Assembly (NCBI RefSeq): GCF_030028105.1
Contig: NC_092380.1
Location: forward strand, 29,165,144 to 29,229,143
Length of the DNA stretch: 64,000 nt
Reading direction: 5' to 3'
From: Mobula birostris
Taxonomy: Eukaryota
The translations under genes and the position numbers were made by a program. Each line of letters starts with the position of its first letter. Position 1 is the stretch's first letter. Shown one piece after another: positions 12,811-23,949 of the stretch. Below the pieces are notes generated by a model, which saw only the letters and a list, made by a program, of their open reading frames with translations, did not search any database and was not told the DNA's origin.

Positions 12811-13635
12811 AAGTTCAAAGTTAATTTCATCATTAAAGTGTGTATATGTCACTAAATACTACCCTGAGATTCATTTTCTTGCAAGCATTCAAATTAAAAC
12901 AAAGAAATAGAATAGAATTAATGAATAACTACACACAAAAATGTGCAAATATAATAATAATATGTGAACATGAGTTGTAGAGTTCTTGAAAATATGTCCA
13001 CGGTGGTTCAGAAGCCTGTGTGTTGAAGGGTAATCGCTGTTCCTGAAACTGGTGGTGTGGGACCTGAGGCCTCTGTGTCTCCTTTCCGATGATAGCAGTG
13101 AGAAGAAAGCATGGTCTGGATGAAGATGGATGCTGCTCTCTTGTTTCAATGTTTTTTGTAGAGGTGCTCAATGGTGGGGAGGGCTTTTGCTGTGCAGGAC
13201 ATGGGCTGCATCCACCAGTTTTTTATGGGCTTTTCCATTCATGAGCACTGAGAGTACCGTTGCTACTTGAGTCACCCCTCGACACCCCGGCACCCCGGCA
13301 CCCCGGCACCCCGGAAGTAGTTCCTGGTGTTTCCATATCAGACAGTGATGCAACCAGTCAAGATACTCTCCACTCTGCATCTCTGGAAGTTCCCCAGACA
13401 CATCCTCTGATGTGATAAATCCCCTGAATTTAAAGTTACTGGGCCTCTCCACCTCTGATCCCCTAATGTGCACTGGCTCATGGACACCAATTTCTTCAAC
13501 CTGTTGTCAATAATCATCTCCTTGCTTTTGATAATGTTGGATGACAAGTTGTTGTTGTGGCACCTCTCAATAGGATTTTCAATCTCCCTCCTATATGCTG
13601 ATTCATCGCCATCTTTGATTTGGACAACAACAGTG
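12806..13635 (-). mobile_element. Rex1/Babar-like LINE 3' portion
   Basis: Translates DESAYRREIE...CHNNNLS.N..KSKEMIID, VESILTGCITV and HAFFSLLSSERRHR. TTTGAACTTTGAAC-type tail near 12806. A short CCCCGGCA tandem lies at ~13285-13314. Confidence 0.75.
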
Positions 13636-13644
13636 ACTTTCCCG

Positions 13645-14398
13645 GTGCTCCCGGTGTGGCCTTCTATATATTGGTGAGACCCGACACAGACTGGCAGACT
13701 GTTTTGCTGAACACCTACGCTCTGTCCGCCAGAGAAAGCAGGATCTCCCAGTGGCCACATATTTTAATTCCACGTCCCATTCCATTCTGATATGTCTATT
13801 CATGGCCTCCTCTACTGTCAAGATGAAGCCACACTCAGATTGGAGGAACAACACCTTATGTTCCCTCTGGGTAGCCTCCAACCTGATGGCATGAACATTG
13901 ACTTCTCTAACTTCCGTTAATGCCCCACTTCCCCTTCTTACCCTATCCCTTATTTATTTATTTGTTTGTTTGTTTGTTTGTTTGTTTATTTATTTATTTA
14001 TTTCCCCCTTTTTTCTCTCTCTCTAACCCTCTCACAATAACTCCTTGCCTGCTCTCCATCTTCCTCTGGTGCTCCCCTCCCCCTTTCTTTCTCCCTAGGC
14101 TTCCCGTCCCATGATCCTCTCCCTTCTCCAGCCTTGTTTCCCATTTGCCAATCAACTTTCCAGCTCTTAGCTTCATCCGTCCCCCTCCTGTCTTCTCCTA
14201 TCATTTTGGATCTCCACCTCCCCTTCCCACTTTCAAATCTCTTACTATCTCCTCTTTCAGTTAGTCCTGACGAAGGGTCTCGGCCCGAAACGTCGACTGT
14301 ACTTCTTCCTATAGGTGCTGCCTGATCTGCTGTGTTCCACCAGCATTTTGTGTGTGTTGCTTGAATTTCCAGCATTGGCAGATTTCCTTGTGTTTACG
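13645..14398 (+). mobile_element. Penelope-like element 3' part (GIY-YIG endonuclease C-terminus plus pLTR)
   Basis: Translates CGLLYIGETRHRLADCFAEHLRSV...LEEQHLMFPLGSLQPDGMNIDFSNFR*, ending at 13920 and followed by the pLTR. Confidence 0.9.
14263..14298 (+). ncRNA. Minimal type-I hammerhead ribozyme (Penelope-associated)
   Basis: AGTC-CTGACGA-A-GGGT CTCG GCCC-GAAA-C-GTC-GACT: intact core, stem I AGTC/GACT, stem II, palindromic ACGT as stem III. Predicted cut after C14294. Confidence 0.8.
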
Positions 14399-14559
14399 TT
14401 TTCAATGTTTAGGGGAAGTTTTCATGGGTACATAGATGGTAGGGGCATGGAGACCCAGGTGCAGGTCAATGGGAGTGGGCAGTTAAATAGTTCACTGTGG
14501 AATAGATGGGCTGAAGGTCCTGATTCTGTGCTGTTCTTTTTTATCACCTTATGACTCTG

Positions 14560-15180
14560 AAGGGACCAGTGAGGGGGGAGAGCAGATATTTGAGAGGGAA
14601 CCAGGCCAGGAGGAGATTAGAGGGAGAGTAAGGGGGTGAAGATCAAGGAGAGCTGTGAGCCCAAGGATGAGAATGGGAAATCTGAGGCAGGGAGTTGGTG
14701 CAGTAGGCACTGACATATACTCACTGTTCCCTGGGCAGCAGGAAAGAAGAGAAGAGGCCGATGTCCACGGTAGAGAATCAGTCAGGCCAACCAGACTCCT
14801 TCAGTTAACTTGGGATATCCACATGGCAATGGCAGAAACAAGGGGGTGCTCATCTGATCCAGTTGCCACCTTTTCTATTCTCTCCACATCAACAGACATA
14901 CCACAGAAGAGGCCCATTACATTCTTCAAAACAGCAGCAAGTGCAGATCAACCCCACTTCAGTTCAGCCCCTGTCACACCACCTGAGGGGTATTTCTCAC
15001 CTCCACCACTGGGCCCAGACCACTTGCCCTGCGTCCACTCTGGCAGGTTGCCAAGGGAACAATGTCAGTGGCAGTCAGTGGGCTTCTATGTTAACTCACA
15101 AATGGCTGTGCAAAACCCTGGATGTCAGATAATTGCGAGATAACAGCCTGGGAGGAGAAGGGTGAGCTGTCAATCAGAGG
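14560..15180 (-). pseudogene. Relic promoter plus signal-peptide first exon (copy 1)
   Basis: Inverted paralogue of 44010-44560. GCCATG at 14824, donor GTGAGT at 14724-14719. The 100-nt coding part has stops and a frameshift (...LLFFPAAQGT). Confidence 0.45.
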
Positions 15181-15344
15181 AGACACTGAGAACTCTGCAT
15201 ACACTGGACATAGATCACAGAAACTTTCCTGAAAAAGGGAAATCACCAAAAGACATTTCATCATGAAGTCCTTAACTGTGGAAGGGAAATAGACACTGCA
15301 ACCAAGGGAGAGGATAATACGAAAAACAGAACAATGTGAGAAGA

Positions 15345-15880
15345 AAAGTTAGACAGAGTTAGTGATAAAAGACGGTTGAGGGAGTTTGGTATGTGCCCCC
15401 AAATCCTAAGAACTTTTTACAGGGGCACAATTGAGAGCATCAGTTCCTGGTATGGGAACTGTAACTCTCTTAATCGCAGGACTCTACAGAGAGTGTTGCG
15501 GACAGCCCAGCGCATCTGTAGTTGTGAACTTCCCATCATTCAGGACATTTACAAGGACAGGTGTGTAAAAGGGGCCCATAGGATCATTGGGGACCCAAGC
15601 CATCCCAACCACAATCTATTCCAGCTGCTACCATCTGGGAAATGGTACCGCAGCATAAAAGCCAGGGCCAACAGTCTCCAGCACAGCTTCTTCCACCAGG
15701 ACATCAGACTGATTAACTCACGCTGATTTGAGTGTACGCTATATTACATTGATTGTTCCATTTATTATAAATTACTATGATTGCACATTGCACATTTAGA
15801 CAGAGACGTAATGTAAGTATTTTTACTCCTCGTGTATATGAAGGATTTAAGAAATAACGTCAATTCAATCAATTCAATTC
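15345..15880 (+). mobile_element. Rex1/Babar-like LINE 3' end
   Basis: ORF 15376-15726 (LRTFYRGTIES...HPNHNLFQLLPSGKWYRSIKAR...SFFHQ) followed by a (CAATT)n tail. Confidence 0.8.
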
Positions 15881-16200
15881 ACTAAGAGTCAAATAAGGCC
15901 TCCTCTGAAGTAGAGTCTAAAAGTCTAGTTAGTCTTCTCTGGAGTAGAGTTTAAAAGTCTAGTTAGACCTTGCCTGGAGTAGAGTCTTAAAGTCTATTTA
16001 GCTCTCCTCTGGAGTACTCTCTAGGCCTCCTCTGGAATAGAGGCTAAAAGTCTATTTAGGCATCATCCGATGTAGAATCTAGGACTCCTCTGGAAAGGAG
16101 TTTAAAAGTCTAATTGGGCAACCTCTGGAGTAGAGTCTAAAAGTATGATTAGATCTTCTCCGGAGTAAAGTTTAAGAGTCTAGTTAGACATCCTCTGGAA
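15880..16200. repeat. 35/23-bp minisatellite (CCTCCTCTGGAGTAGAGTCTAAAAGTCTAGTTAGG)
   Basis: Tandem degenerate units; the array continues after the Buster element. Confidence 0.9.
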
Positions 16201-17944
16201 CTCTATGAGCCTGAAGGTGGTGAAGCCTTGAATTATAATCCTGCTGAGAAACAGAAACTGCAGAAAGCTAAAAGTGGCCTTGATAGTGGTCTCATCATTT
16301 CTGATAACATTTCCAAAATGATAGCAAAGTGTGAAAAATCTCATACATTTAGTGAAAGATTAATAATGCCTGCTGTATCAGAAGTGCTCATCACTGTTCT
16401 CAAAATGGATACCAGTATTTTAAAAACAATTCCTCTGAGAAATAACTCTGTAGCTCATCATATTGACAAAATGAGTGAAGACGTTGAGTATCAAATATGC
16501 ACAGAACTACAAAAAACAGATTGTGGGATACAACTGGATGAGTCAACTGTGCAAGACAACTAGGCATTGCTAACAGCATACGTACGGTTCATCAAAAATA
16601 GAAAAGTTTATGATGAGATTCTCTTTTGTAAAAAGTAAAAAAAATCAGTGAAAAATCAATCGATGATGAGCTCAAAATATATATTGAGGATAAAAGTATT
16701 CTGATGAAGAACACAATTTCTTTTGCAACAGATGAAGCATCACATATGACAGGTCGCCATGCTGGTTTAGTGGCTTTGATGGAAAAAGAAATTCTAGGTC
16801 TGTTTGCAATCCATTGGGTAATTCATCATCAACAACTTGCAGCCAAAAACCTCAGCCAGTGGCTTTCAACAAAATTAAACCTCATCCATTAAATTGCAAA
16901 ATATTTTGCTATTATAACAATGAAGAGTTTGAATGCCTGCTTCCTTGCACTTAAGTGCTTTGGCTGTCAAAAGGCTGTTGCTTAAAACATTTCTTTGATC
17001 TTTTTGACACTGTAGTTGAGTTTTTGCTCAAAGTTGACAAGAGCTTGGGAAACAAGATTGAACTTCTATGTGAAGATGTGACATACCTAGCCAATCTGAC
17101 AAAATTAACTGTAAATATGAAACTGCAGGGTGAGAATTTCACTTTAATCCAGGCAAAAAGTGCAGTGTCCACTTTTATTGGAAAATTGGAAATATACAAT
17201 CAAAACACTGAGAAACAAATGTTCTCACAGTTTCCTTACATGGAAAGTATGGCACTCTCTTTCACAGGTGGTGGTTTGCAAGAGTATTGCTTATATCTGC
17301 AGTCACTGAGGAAGGATTTTCAGAATCAATTCAAGGTTTGAATGATCTGGAACTTCCAGACTGGGTAATAAACTCATTTCCTTGCAAGGTGGAAGAATAG
17401 GAAGAGAGCTTGTAAGAAGAAATCATTGAAATACTGAATGATGAAGAAGCAAGAATGCTTTTCAAAAATGTTTTGTGGTATGTGGCTACACTGCAATACA
17501 AAGTTTCCTGATCTTTGGAGAAGAGCCAAACCGCCTTCGTTGAATTTGCATCTTCCTACCTTGTTGAAAGAGGCTTCAGTGGAGTGAACCACATACTCAC
17601 AAAAAAGAGAAACCACTTGGACATTGTTACGTATGGGGGCTTTTGCTGTCACAACTTTAATCAGATATTTCAACCATGAATCTCAAGGATAACATTGATA
17701 TCAAAGTAGCTGTGCAGGACACAGGTACTGTGTAAGTTTGGTTTCAAGATAAATAAAAATTTAAAGCAGAATAATTTTTCTCATGTTAGCATATGTTAGA
17801 CATGTTTTTTACACTATGGGGGTACTGGAAAGTATATTACACCTAAGAGGGGCACTGGCAAGTATGAAGATACTTTAGGGGTATGTTGGCAAGTATGAAA
17901 GGTGCCTTAGGGGGTATTGGGCTAAAAAAGGTTGAGCAATACTG
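16201..17944 (+). mobile_element. hAT Buster/Charlie-type transposon relic, 5' truncated
   Basis: Transposase motifs IQLDESTV, FATDEASHMTG, IHWVIHHQQL, WLSKG and FASSYLVERGFS, with stops. Right TIR AAAAGGTTGAGCAATACTG ends at 17944 and is followed by the Buster-type target GTCTAGAC. Confidence 0.9.
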
Positions 17945-18290
17945 GTCTAGACCTCCTCGAGAACCATCTAAAAGTCTTGTTAGGCCTCCTCTGGAGTAGA
18001 GCCTTAAACTCTACTTAGCTCTTCTCTGGACTAGTGTTTAGGCCTTCTCTGGAATAGAGTTTACAAAGTGAATTAGGCCTCCTCTGGAGTTTAGTTTAAG
18101 AGTCTAGTTAGGCCCCCTCTGCAGCAAAGATTAAAAGTCTAGTTAGGACTTCTCTGGCTTAGAATTTAAAAGTCTAGTTAAGTCTCCTCTGCAGTAAAGT
18201 CTAGGCATCCTCTGGAATACTGTCTGAAAGTCCAGTTAGGCCTCCTCTGGAATACTGTCTGAAAGTCCAGTTAGGCATACTCTGGAATAT
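17945..18290. repeat. 35/23-bp minisatellite, continuation
   Basis: Same unit as 15880-16200. Confidence 0.9.
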
Positions 18291-18299
18291 GACATTCAA

Positions 18300-19570
18300 T
18301 TCTGCTTGCTGCATTATGGGAATGAATCCTTAGCTTTCGAGAGGGTTCAGAGTACATTTAGCAAGAGATTAAAGAAACAACTGGAGATCTTTTGGAGGAC
18401 ATTCATATCACCAAGGAGGAGGTATTTGCAGCTTTACACACATTAAGATGGGTAAAAGCCTAAGGCCTGTCAGGGTGCTTCCTTGGACTTTGTGGGAGGA
18501 TAGAGAGGATATTATGGAGCCCTTGTGGAGACACTTGCTTCATCATCAGTCACTGGTGAAGTTGCTGAAGACTAGAATGTGCTGTTGTCATTTAATTGTT
18601 TAAAAAGTGCAGCAAGGATAAGCCAGGGAATGACAGGCTACTCAGACTGACATCAGGGGTGGGGAATTTACTGGAGGGGATTGTGAGGACAGAATCTACC
18701 AGTATTTGGGCAGATGGAGTCTGATTGTGAGGAGTTGGCATAACTTTGCATGTGTGAGGAATCAAGGCTGGGGACTTGTGCCACGGGTGTCAGTGTTGGC
18801 ACCCTTGTTATTTTTTATATGCAAATCCTTATATTACAAATACACAAGATTTTACCAGTAAGTAAGTTTGTGGAGGACACAAAATAAGGAGGTATTTTTG
18901 ATAGTGAAGATGATTACAGGGAGATCTTGCTCAGTTACTGAAGTGTAATTGAGGATTGACAAATGGATTACAATTCAGATGAAGTATTTTGGAAAGTCAA
19001 ACCAAGGTAGGACGTGAATGGTGGGGAACTAGGGATTGTCACGGGAGAGAGAGATTGAGAAGTACAAGAGCTTTGTTCATTGTAAGTGGCATCACTGGCA
19101 GACCGGGCCGTGAAAGAGGTGTTTAGCATCAGTCAGTCAGGGCATTTAATCCGGGAGTTGGGAGTAATGTCGACATTGTATCTGCGCTTTGTTGCTCTAT
19201 GATTCTACCACCTAGCTTAGTGTCATCTTCAAACAAACTATCCATGTCTTGTACACTCTATATAAATGATGAAAAGCAATGGGCCCAGTACCGATCCCTG
19301 TGACACGTCACTACTCACTGATCTCCAGTCCCGTAAACAACTTTCGACCTCCTGTCTCCTAACATCAAGCCGAGTATCTATCCACTTCTACCTCTCCCTG
19401 GATTCCCATGTCATCTAACCTTCCAGACTGCTGTTCCATGGGGACTTTGTCTAATTTATGTTTCATTGATGCTTTTCTTCTGAATGAAGCGTCTCGAATA
19501 CATAATTCCCTCATCAAATCACTGGATTACCCTTTCAAGGAACTCGAACAGATTCATGAGATTATCTGAG
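18300..19570. mobile_element. Old CR1 fragments on both strands (duplicated at ~31680-33390)
   Basis: Decayed RT-region words; the block GGATTGACAAATGGATTACAATTCAGATGA occurs at ~18953 and 32761. Confidence 0.6.
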
Positions 19571-20235
19571 GAATTGAACTGAAAAGTAGAGCGGTTTTCT
19601 GTCAATTCCATCGAATATTGTTGATCAAACAGCAGGACATTGCAACGGTCTTCATCTCTTATTTAAACTGAACTGTGGATCAGGATCATGACTGATGAAA
19701 AGCGCCGGCCTCGGGGTGTTACTGATCTGGGAATCTACAAATAACACGCGATAATCCGGAGAGCAGGTCGAGCAGAGAGGAAAACCAGCGCTGGGAACCG
19801 TGAACCGGGCCAACAGTTGGTGCTGTGAATGTGTGTGTCAGGGAGAGTGTGCTAAGAGGCCTGACAGCTTAGACTGGTATTTCTGTGTTTGTGAGTCCGG
19901 TCACATTGCTGGATTTTTCATCCCCACCTAGAGAAAATAAAACAATTTTCCTGCTCCGGGATGGCACAGCTCCCCAGCTCAGTCCTGAAGTGGGAATTAA
20001 CCGCGATTTTTCAGTTACTTTTATATTTCAGTTGGAAAACAGCGAAAATATCGCGATCGCGGTAGAGAACGAGGTCAGTGCAGTCGTGAAACAGGTTTAT
20101 ATGGAAATTGCTGCGTTTAATTCGGACCAAACTTCCTTTACAGCAGAGAATCCGGCCTCGGGCACAGACAGAGAGCGGTCTGGGTCTTGGGGATGCCCTA
20201 ATTTCATTGCAATCGGGGAGTTTTTCGGGAGAGAG

Positions 20236-20308
20236 AAACACAGAGAGACGGAGCGGCCGGGAGCTGCCTGCAGGATGTCTCCGCCCCGTCCGCTCGCTGC
20301 CTTTAAAT
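20236..20308 (+). promoter_or_regulatory. Histone H1 promoter (AC-box, GC box, TATA-like)
   Basis: AAACACA at 20236-20242, CCGCCC at 20281-20286, TTTAAAT at 20302-20308. Confidence 0.75.
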
Positions 20309-20384
20309 TGCTCAGCACCGCCGCCTCTCGCTTCATTTCTCACACACTTCAGAGTTCGAGAGAGTTTGTGTAGAGGTTCCGACC

Positions 20385-21008
20385 ATGACCGAGACCGCAG
20401 AAGTGGCTCCACCAGCAGCACCCGCCACCACACCCAAGGCTGCCAAGAAGAAGAAGGCGGCCGTCCGGACCAAGTCAACCGGTCCCAAACTGGGCGATCA
20501 GATCGACAAGATTGTGGCCGATTGCCGCAGTCAGCGAGGGGTGTCCGTAGCCGCGATAAAGAAGAGTTTGGCCAGCAGCGGCGTCGATGTACAAAAGCTG
20601 AAAGGTCAGATCAGGATGGCCATTAAAAGGAAATTGGATAAAGGCACCCTGGTTCACACTAAGGGCGCAGGTGCCTCCGGCTCCTTGAGAGCCGCTAAAA
20701 AAGAACATACCGGGAAAGTCGTGAAAAAAGCGAAGAAACCAGCGGCCAAGGCATCTAAGACCAAGAAGGCAGTGACCAAGAAATCTGTGGCCAGGAAAAC
20801 AGGTGCCAAGAAATCTCCCGCCAAAACCAAAGGGGTTAAGAAAACTGCGGTTAAAAAAGCGGCAGCTAAGAAAACAGCGACCAAGAAGACCGCGCAGAAG
20901 CCCAAGAGTCCGAAGAAGGTCGCAGCCCCCAAGGTGGCCAAGAAGTCGGCAAAACCCAAGCCGAAGGCAAAGTCTGTGAAAGCCAAGAAGACAGCGGCCA
21001 AAAAGTAA
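20385..21008 (+). CDS. H1: Linker histone H1, replication-dependent (207 aa)
   Basis: Intronless ORF with a globular domain (GVSVAAIKKSL...TKGAGASGS), a K/A/P-rich tail with SPKK/SPAK motifs and a 3' stem-loop. Confidence 0.97.
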   Translation: MTETAEVAPPAAPATTPKAAKKKKAAVRTKSTGPKLGDQIDKIVADCRSQRGVSVAAIKKSLASSGVDVQKLKGQIRMAIKRKLDKGTLVHTKGAGASGSLRAAKKEHTGKVVKKAKKPAAKASKTKKAVTKKSVARKTGAKKSPAKTKGVKKTAVKKAAAKKTATKKTAQKPKSPKKVAAPKVAKKSAKPKPKAKSVKAKKTAAKK

Positions 21009-21032
21009 ATACAGTAAAGACCCGAAACCAAA

Positions 21033-21072
21033 GGCTCTTTTAAGAGCCACCCACATTTCCCAGATAAGAGCT
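21033..21072 (+). terminator. Histone 3' stem-loop and HDE (H1 copy A)
   Basis: GGCTCTTTTAAGAGCC (21033-21048), then ACCCA and the purine-rich AGATAAGAGCTG. Confidence 0.95.
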
Positions 21073-21782
21073 GATCCAGAATCGCGCGATTCCAGATCCT
21101 GGTCGGTTTAGATGTCAGTACGAACTGTTTCCCGAAAACCTGGGGACCCCAGTGCCTCGTTGATATTCGGCAATACCGTCCCTTCCCTAGTATCTGAAAT
21201 AAAATACAGTATCGGATATTCGGACCGAGACTCAATCGGACACGGATGTGTTCCGCTTCAGTCTCCGTCCAAAGGCCGTTTCTTTCTCATAGATGCCGGG
21301 AGATGGTAACACTGCCGGAGAAACCCTCTCTCACAGCGCTAATCCCAAATTGGGAGTTCCCCAATTCATGGTTAATATGACTAAAACTGCTGAACTATCG
21401 GTGAGGAGAGATTTAGGGAGAGGGATCCGGCTCTGGGAATGGACTGGAGAGGGATGAACCCGGTAACAAGCAATGACTGTCTTCGCATTATTTGTACTTT
21501 ATAACATTTTAATATACATATATACTTAGTGTAATAGATTATTTATTTCCCCCCAAAAAACATTTAATATATACAGTAAATAAAATTGATCTCAATCCTC
21601 TCACTATCCTCCCATTTCCGGCAGAACTGAATTCACTCGCCTCAAGAAGCTATTCACTAAATATGCAAACATTCAGATTCAGATAATTGAAAGAAGTAAA
21701 AACGATAATTAAAATGAAGGTGGAAATTTGACAATTCATGATTCTATTAACTGTAAGCAACTAGCCCCGATAGCTCTAGAAA

Positions 21783-22020
21783 TTGGCGGGCGATTTGAAA
21801 TTGACCGGACATCCAATCCCTGCAGTCGGATTGGCTGGATTCTGACCCTCAGTCACTCGTTTCCATATTTGGTCACAGATAATATTCCTCAACCCCCACG
21901 CCGGACAGCTTCAAACTGATTAAGCAAAGACATCCAATCGCACTGCTGAGACCCTATGATGGACATCTCCATTCCAACCAATCAGAGGGAGCTGGGCGGC
22001 CCTTCATCAACTCTTTAAAA
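21783..22020 (+). promoter_or_regulatory. Histone H3 promoter with CDE/CHR-like element, CCAAT boxes, GC box and TATA-like site
   Basis: GGCGG-4nt-TTTGAA at 21785-21799, CCAAT near 21814, 21934 and 21978, GGGCGG near 21994, TTTAAAA near 22014. Confidence 0.7.
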
Positions 22021-22084
22021 GCCAGACCCAGCGTCTGCTCTGACACTTCAATCCTGATATTTCAGGCTGTAATCGCACTGCTGA

Positions 22085-22501
<417 letters not shown>

Positions 22502-22530
22502 ACCCGACCTCGGCACCAAGCACAACAAAA

Positions 22531-22572
22531 GGCTCTTTTCAGAGCCACTAATCCGGCAGAGAAAAAGAGCTA
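22531..22572 (+). terminator. Histone 3' stem-loop and HDE (H3 copy A)
   Basis: GGCTCTTTTCAGAGCC (22531-22546), then GAAAAAGAGCT. Confidence 0.95.
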
Positions 22573-23367
22573 TCATTGTCCGTTCACTGCTCTTCGTATT
22601 AGCAAAACTACATTCCCTTCTGACACCCCCCCCCCATTGGTTGTTTTAGTCAACAAGACGTCCCCGTCTATCACAAACTTAAATAGATTCAGTCTTCCAT
22701 TTAGTAGCCAGTTTCATTTCTGTTCGAGACCATGATAGATTCACGGGGACAACAATTTAGTTGCTATAATTTCGGTATCTTCCCACTGCAAACTCCTTTG
22801 ACCGCGGTTTGAGAAGAGTCCAGTGTATAAAGTTTATACATAGACCGATAGCGAATATAAAGAGTAGATCGGTTTTGGAGGCTAAATAACCTGATATATT
22901 CAAATCGCAGAGTTAATAACGCTCGGACTGCTGCTTAAAATAATTTCTATCAAAATTTAACGGGTTAATGCATAATTTCTGCAGACTGCAGATCACTAAA
23001 TAACTTTCGGCGGGATTTTCAAACTTCCTGTCATCCGGGGAACTGACGGTTCCTCGCTGCTCTCTGTTCATTGGTGAATGAGGCCGCTCTCTGGCTCACT
23101 GCGCTCGTTAGAAGTGAATGGGAATTCAGAGGGATGGACGGAGCAGAGAGCAGCCCACATAAAATGTTGCCTGGCCTGCTGAGTTCTTTCAGTGTTTTGT
23201 CCGTGTTGCTCGGATTTTCTCTTGTTTGCAGAGCGCAGTCTCTCATCTTCCATCTCCACAACCGCCAATTTCCAACGACCTAGCCACAACCGAACAGAAA
23301 TCTAGCGCTCCAGATAAACCTGAAGTCTCATGCGTCCCATATTGAAGGTCAGTCAGTAACATTACAA

Positions 23368-23612
23368 GGGCCCGGTGGGGAAGGACCACAGTATAGGTTT
23401 CTCCACCCGTGGGAGTGGGAGGGGTCGGTGGGCGAGGAGTATACCCCTCAACAATGAGATGCTAAGCTGAACTACTGGAGTGCCACGTGGGTGGCTATAA
23501 ACACGGGTATTTTACTGAGTATAATGGAAACGTATGTAAAGGATGAAAAGTTATTGAATGGTTTATTGTATATATTTATTTTTGAATAAAGTATATTTTG
23601 AAATAAAAAAAA
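23368..23612 (+). mobile_element. L1-like 3'UTR fragment with poly(A)
   Basis: G-rich start and AATAAAGTATATTTTGAAATAAAAAAAA end; absent from the paralogous position (~38470) in cassette B. Confidence 0.55.
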
Positions 23613-23949
23613 CTGAGGCAAAATCTCTTTAGTTTTCTGCTCAATTATCCGATGATATTCTGGAAAAAGACAAATGTGAAGAAAAGACTAGAATAATGAA
23701 AATTGAGTAGAAAACAGGTCAGGCAGTGCCAAAGAATAGAGGAACAGTTAATGTTTCAGTCCGAATTCCCTTCATCAGATAACATTCTGTTCATATTCCT
23801 AATTACATCCGCACCTGAGAATAAACCCTTGTGAATGATGCACCAGGCCCTAAATTCCGTCTGTACCTCCAGCCCTTTTGATCTCAGCATTTAAACAACA
23901 TGCTTTATTGCATATTTTTCCTGCCAAAATGTGCAATTTCACTCTCCCC

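Noticed and set aside
16228-17700. Domesticated ZBED/SCAND3-like gene
   Set aside because: Multiple stops and frameshifts plus a retained TIR indicate a dead transposon.
19885-20373. 162-aa ORF upstream of H1 (and 33942-34370)
   Set aside because: It overlaps the H1 promoter, and its start and frame are not conserved between the two cassettes.
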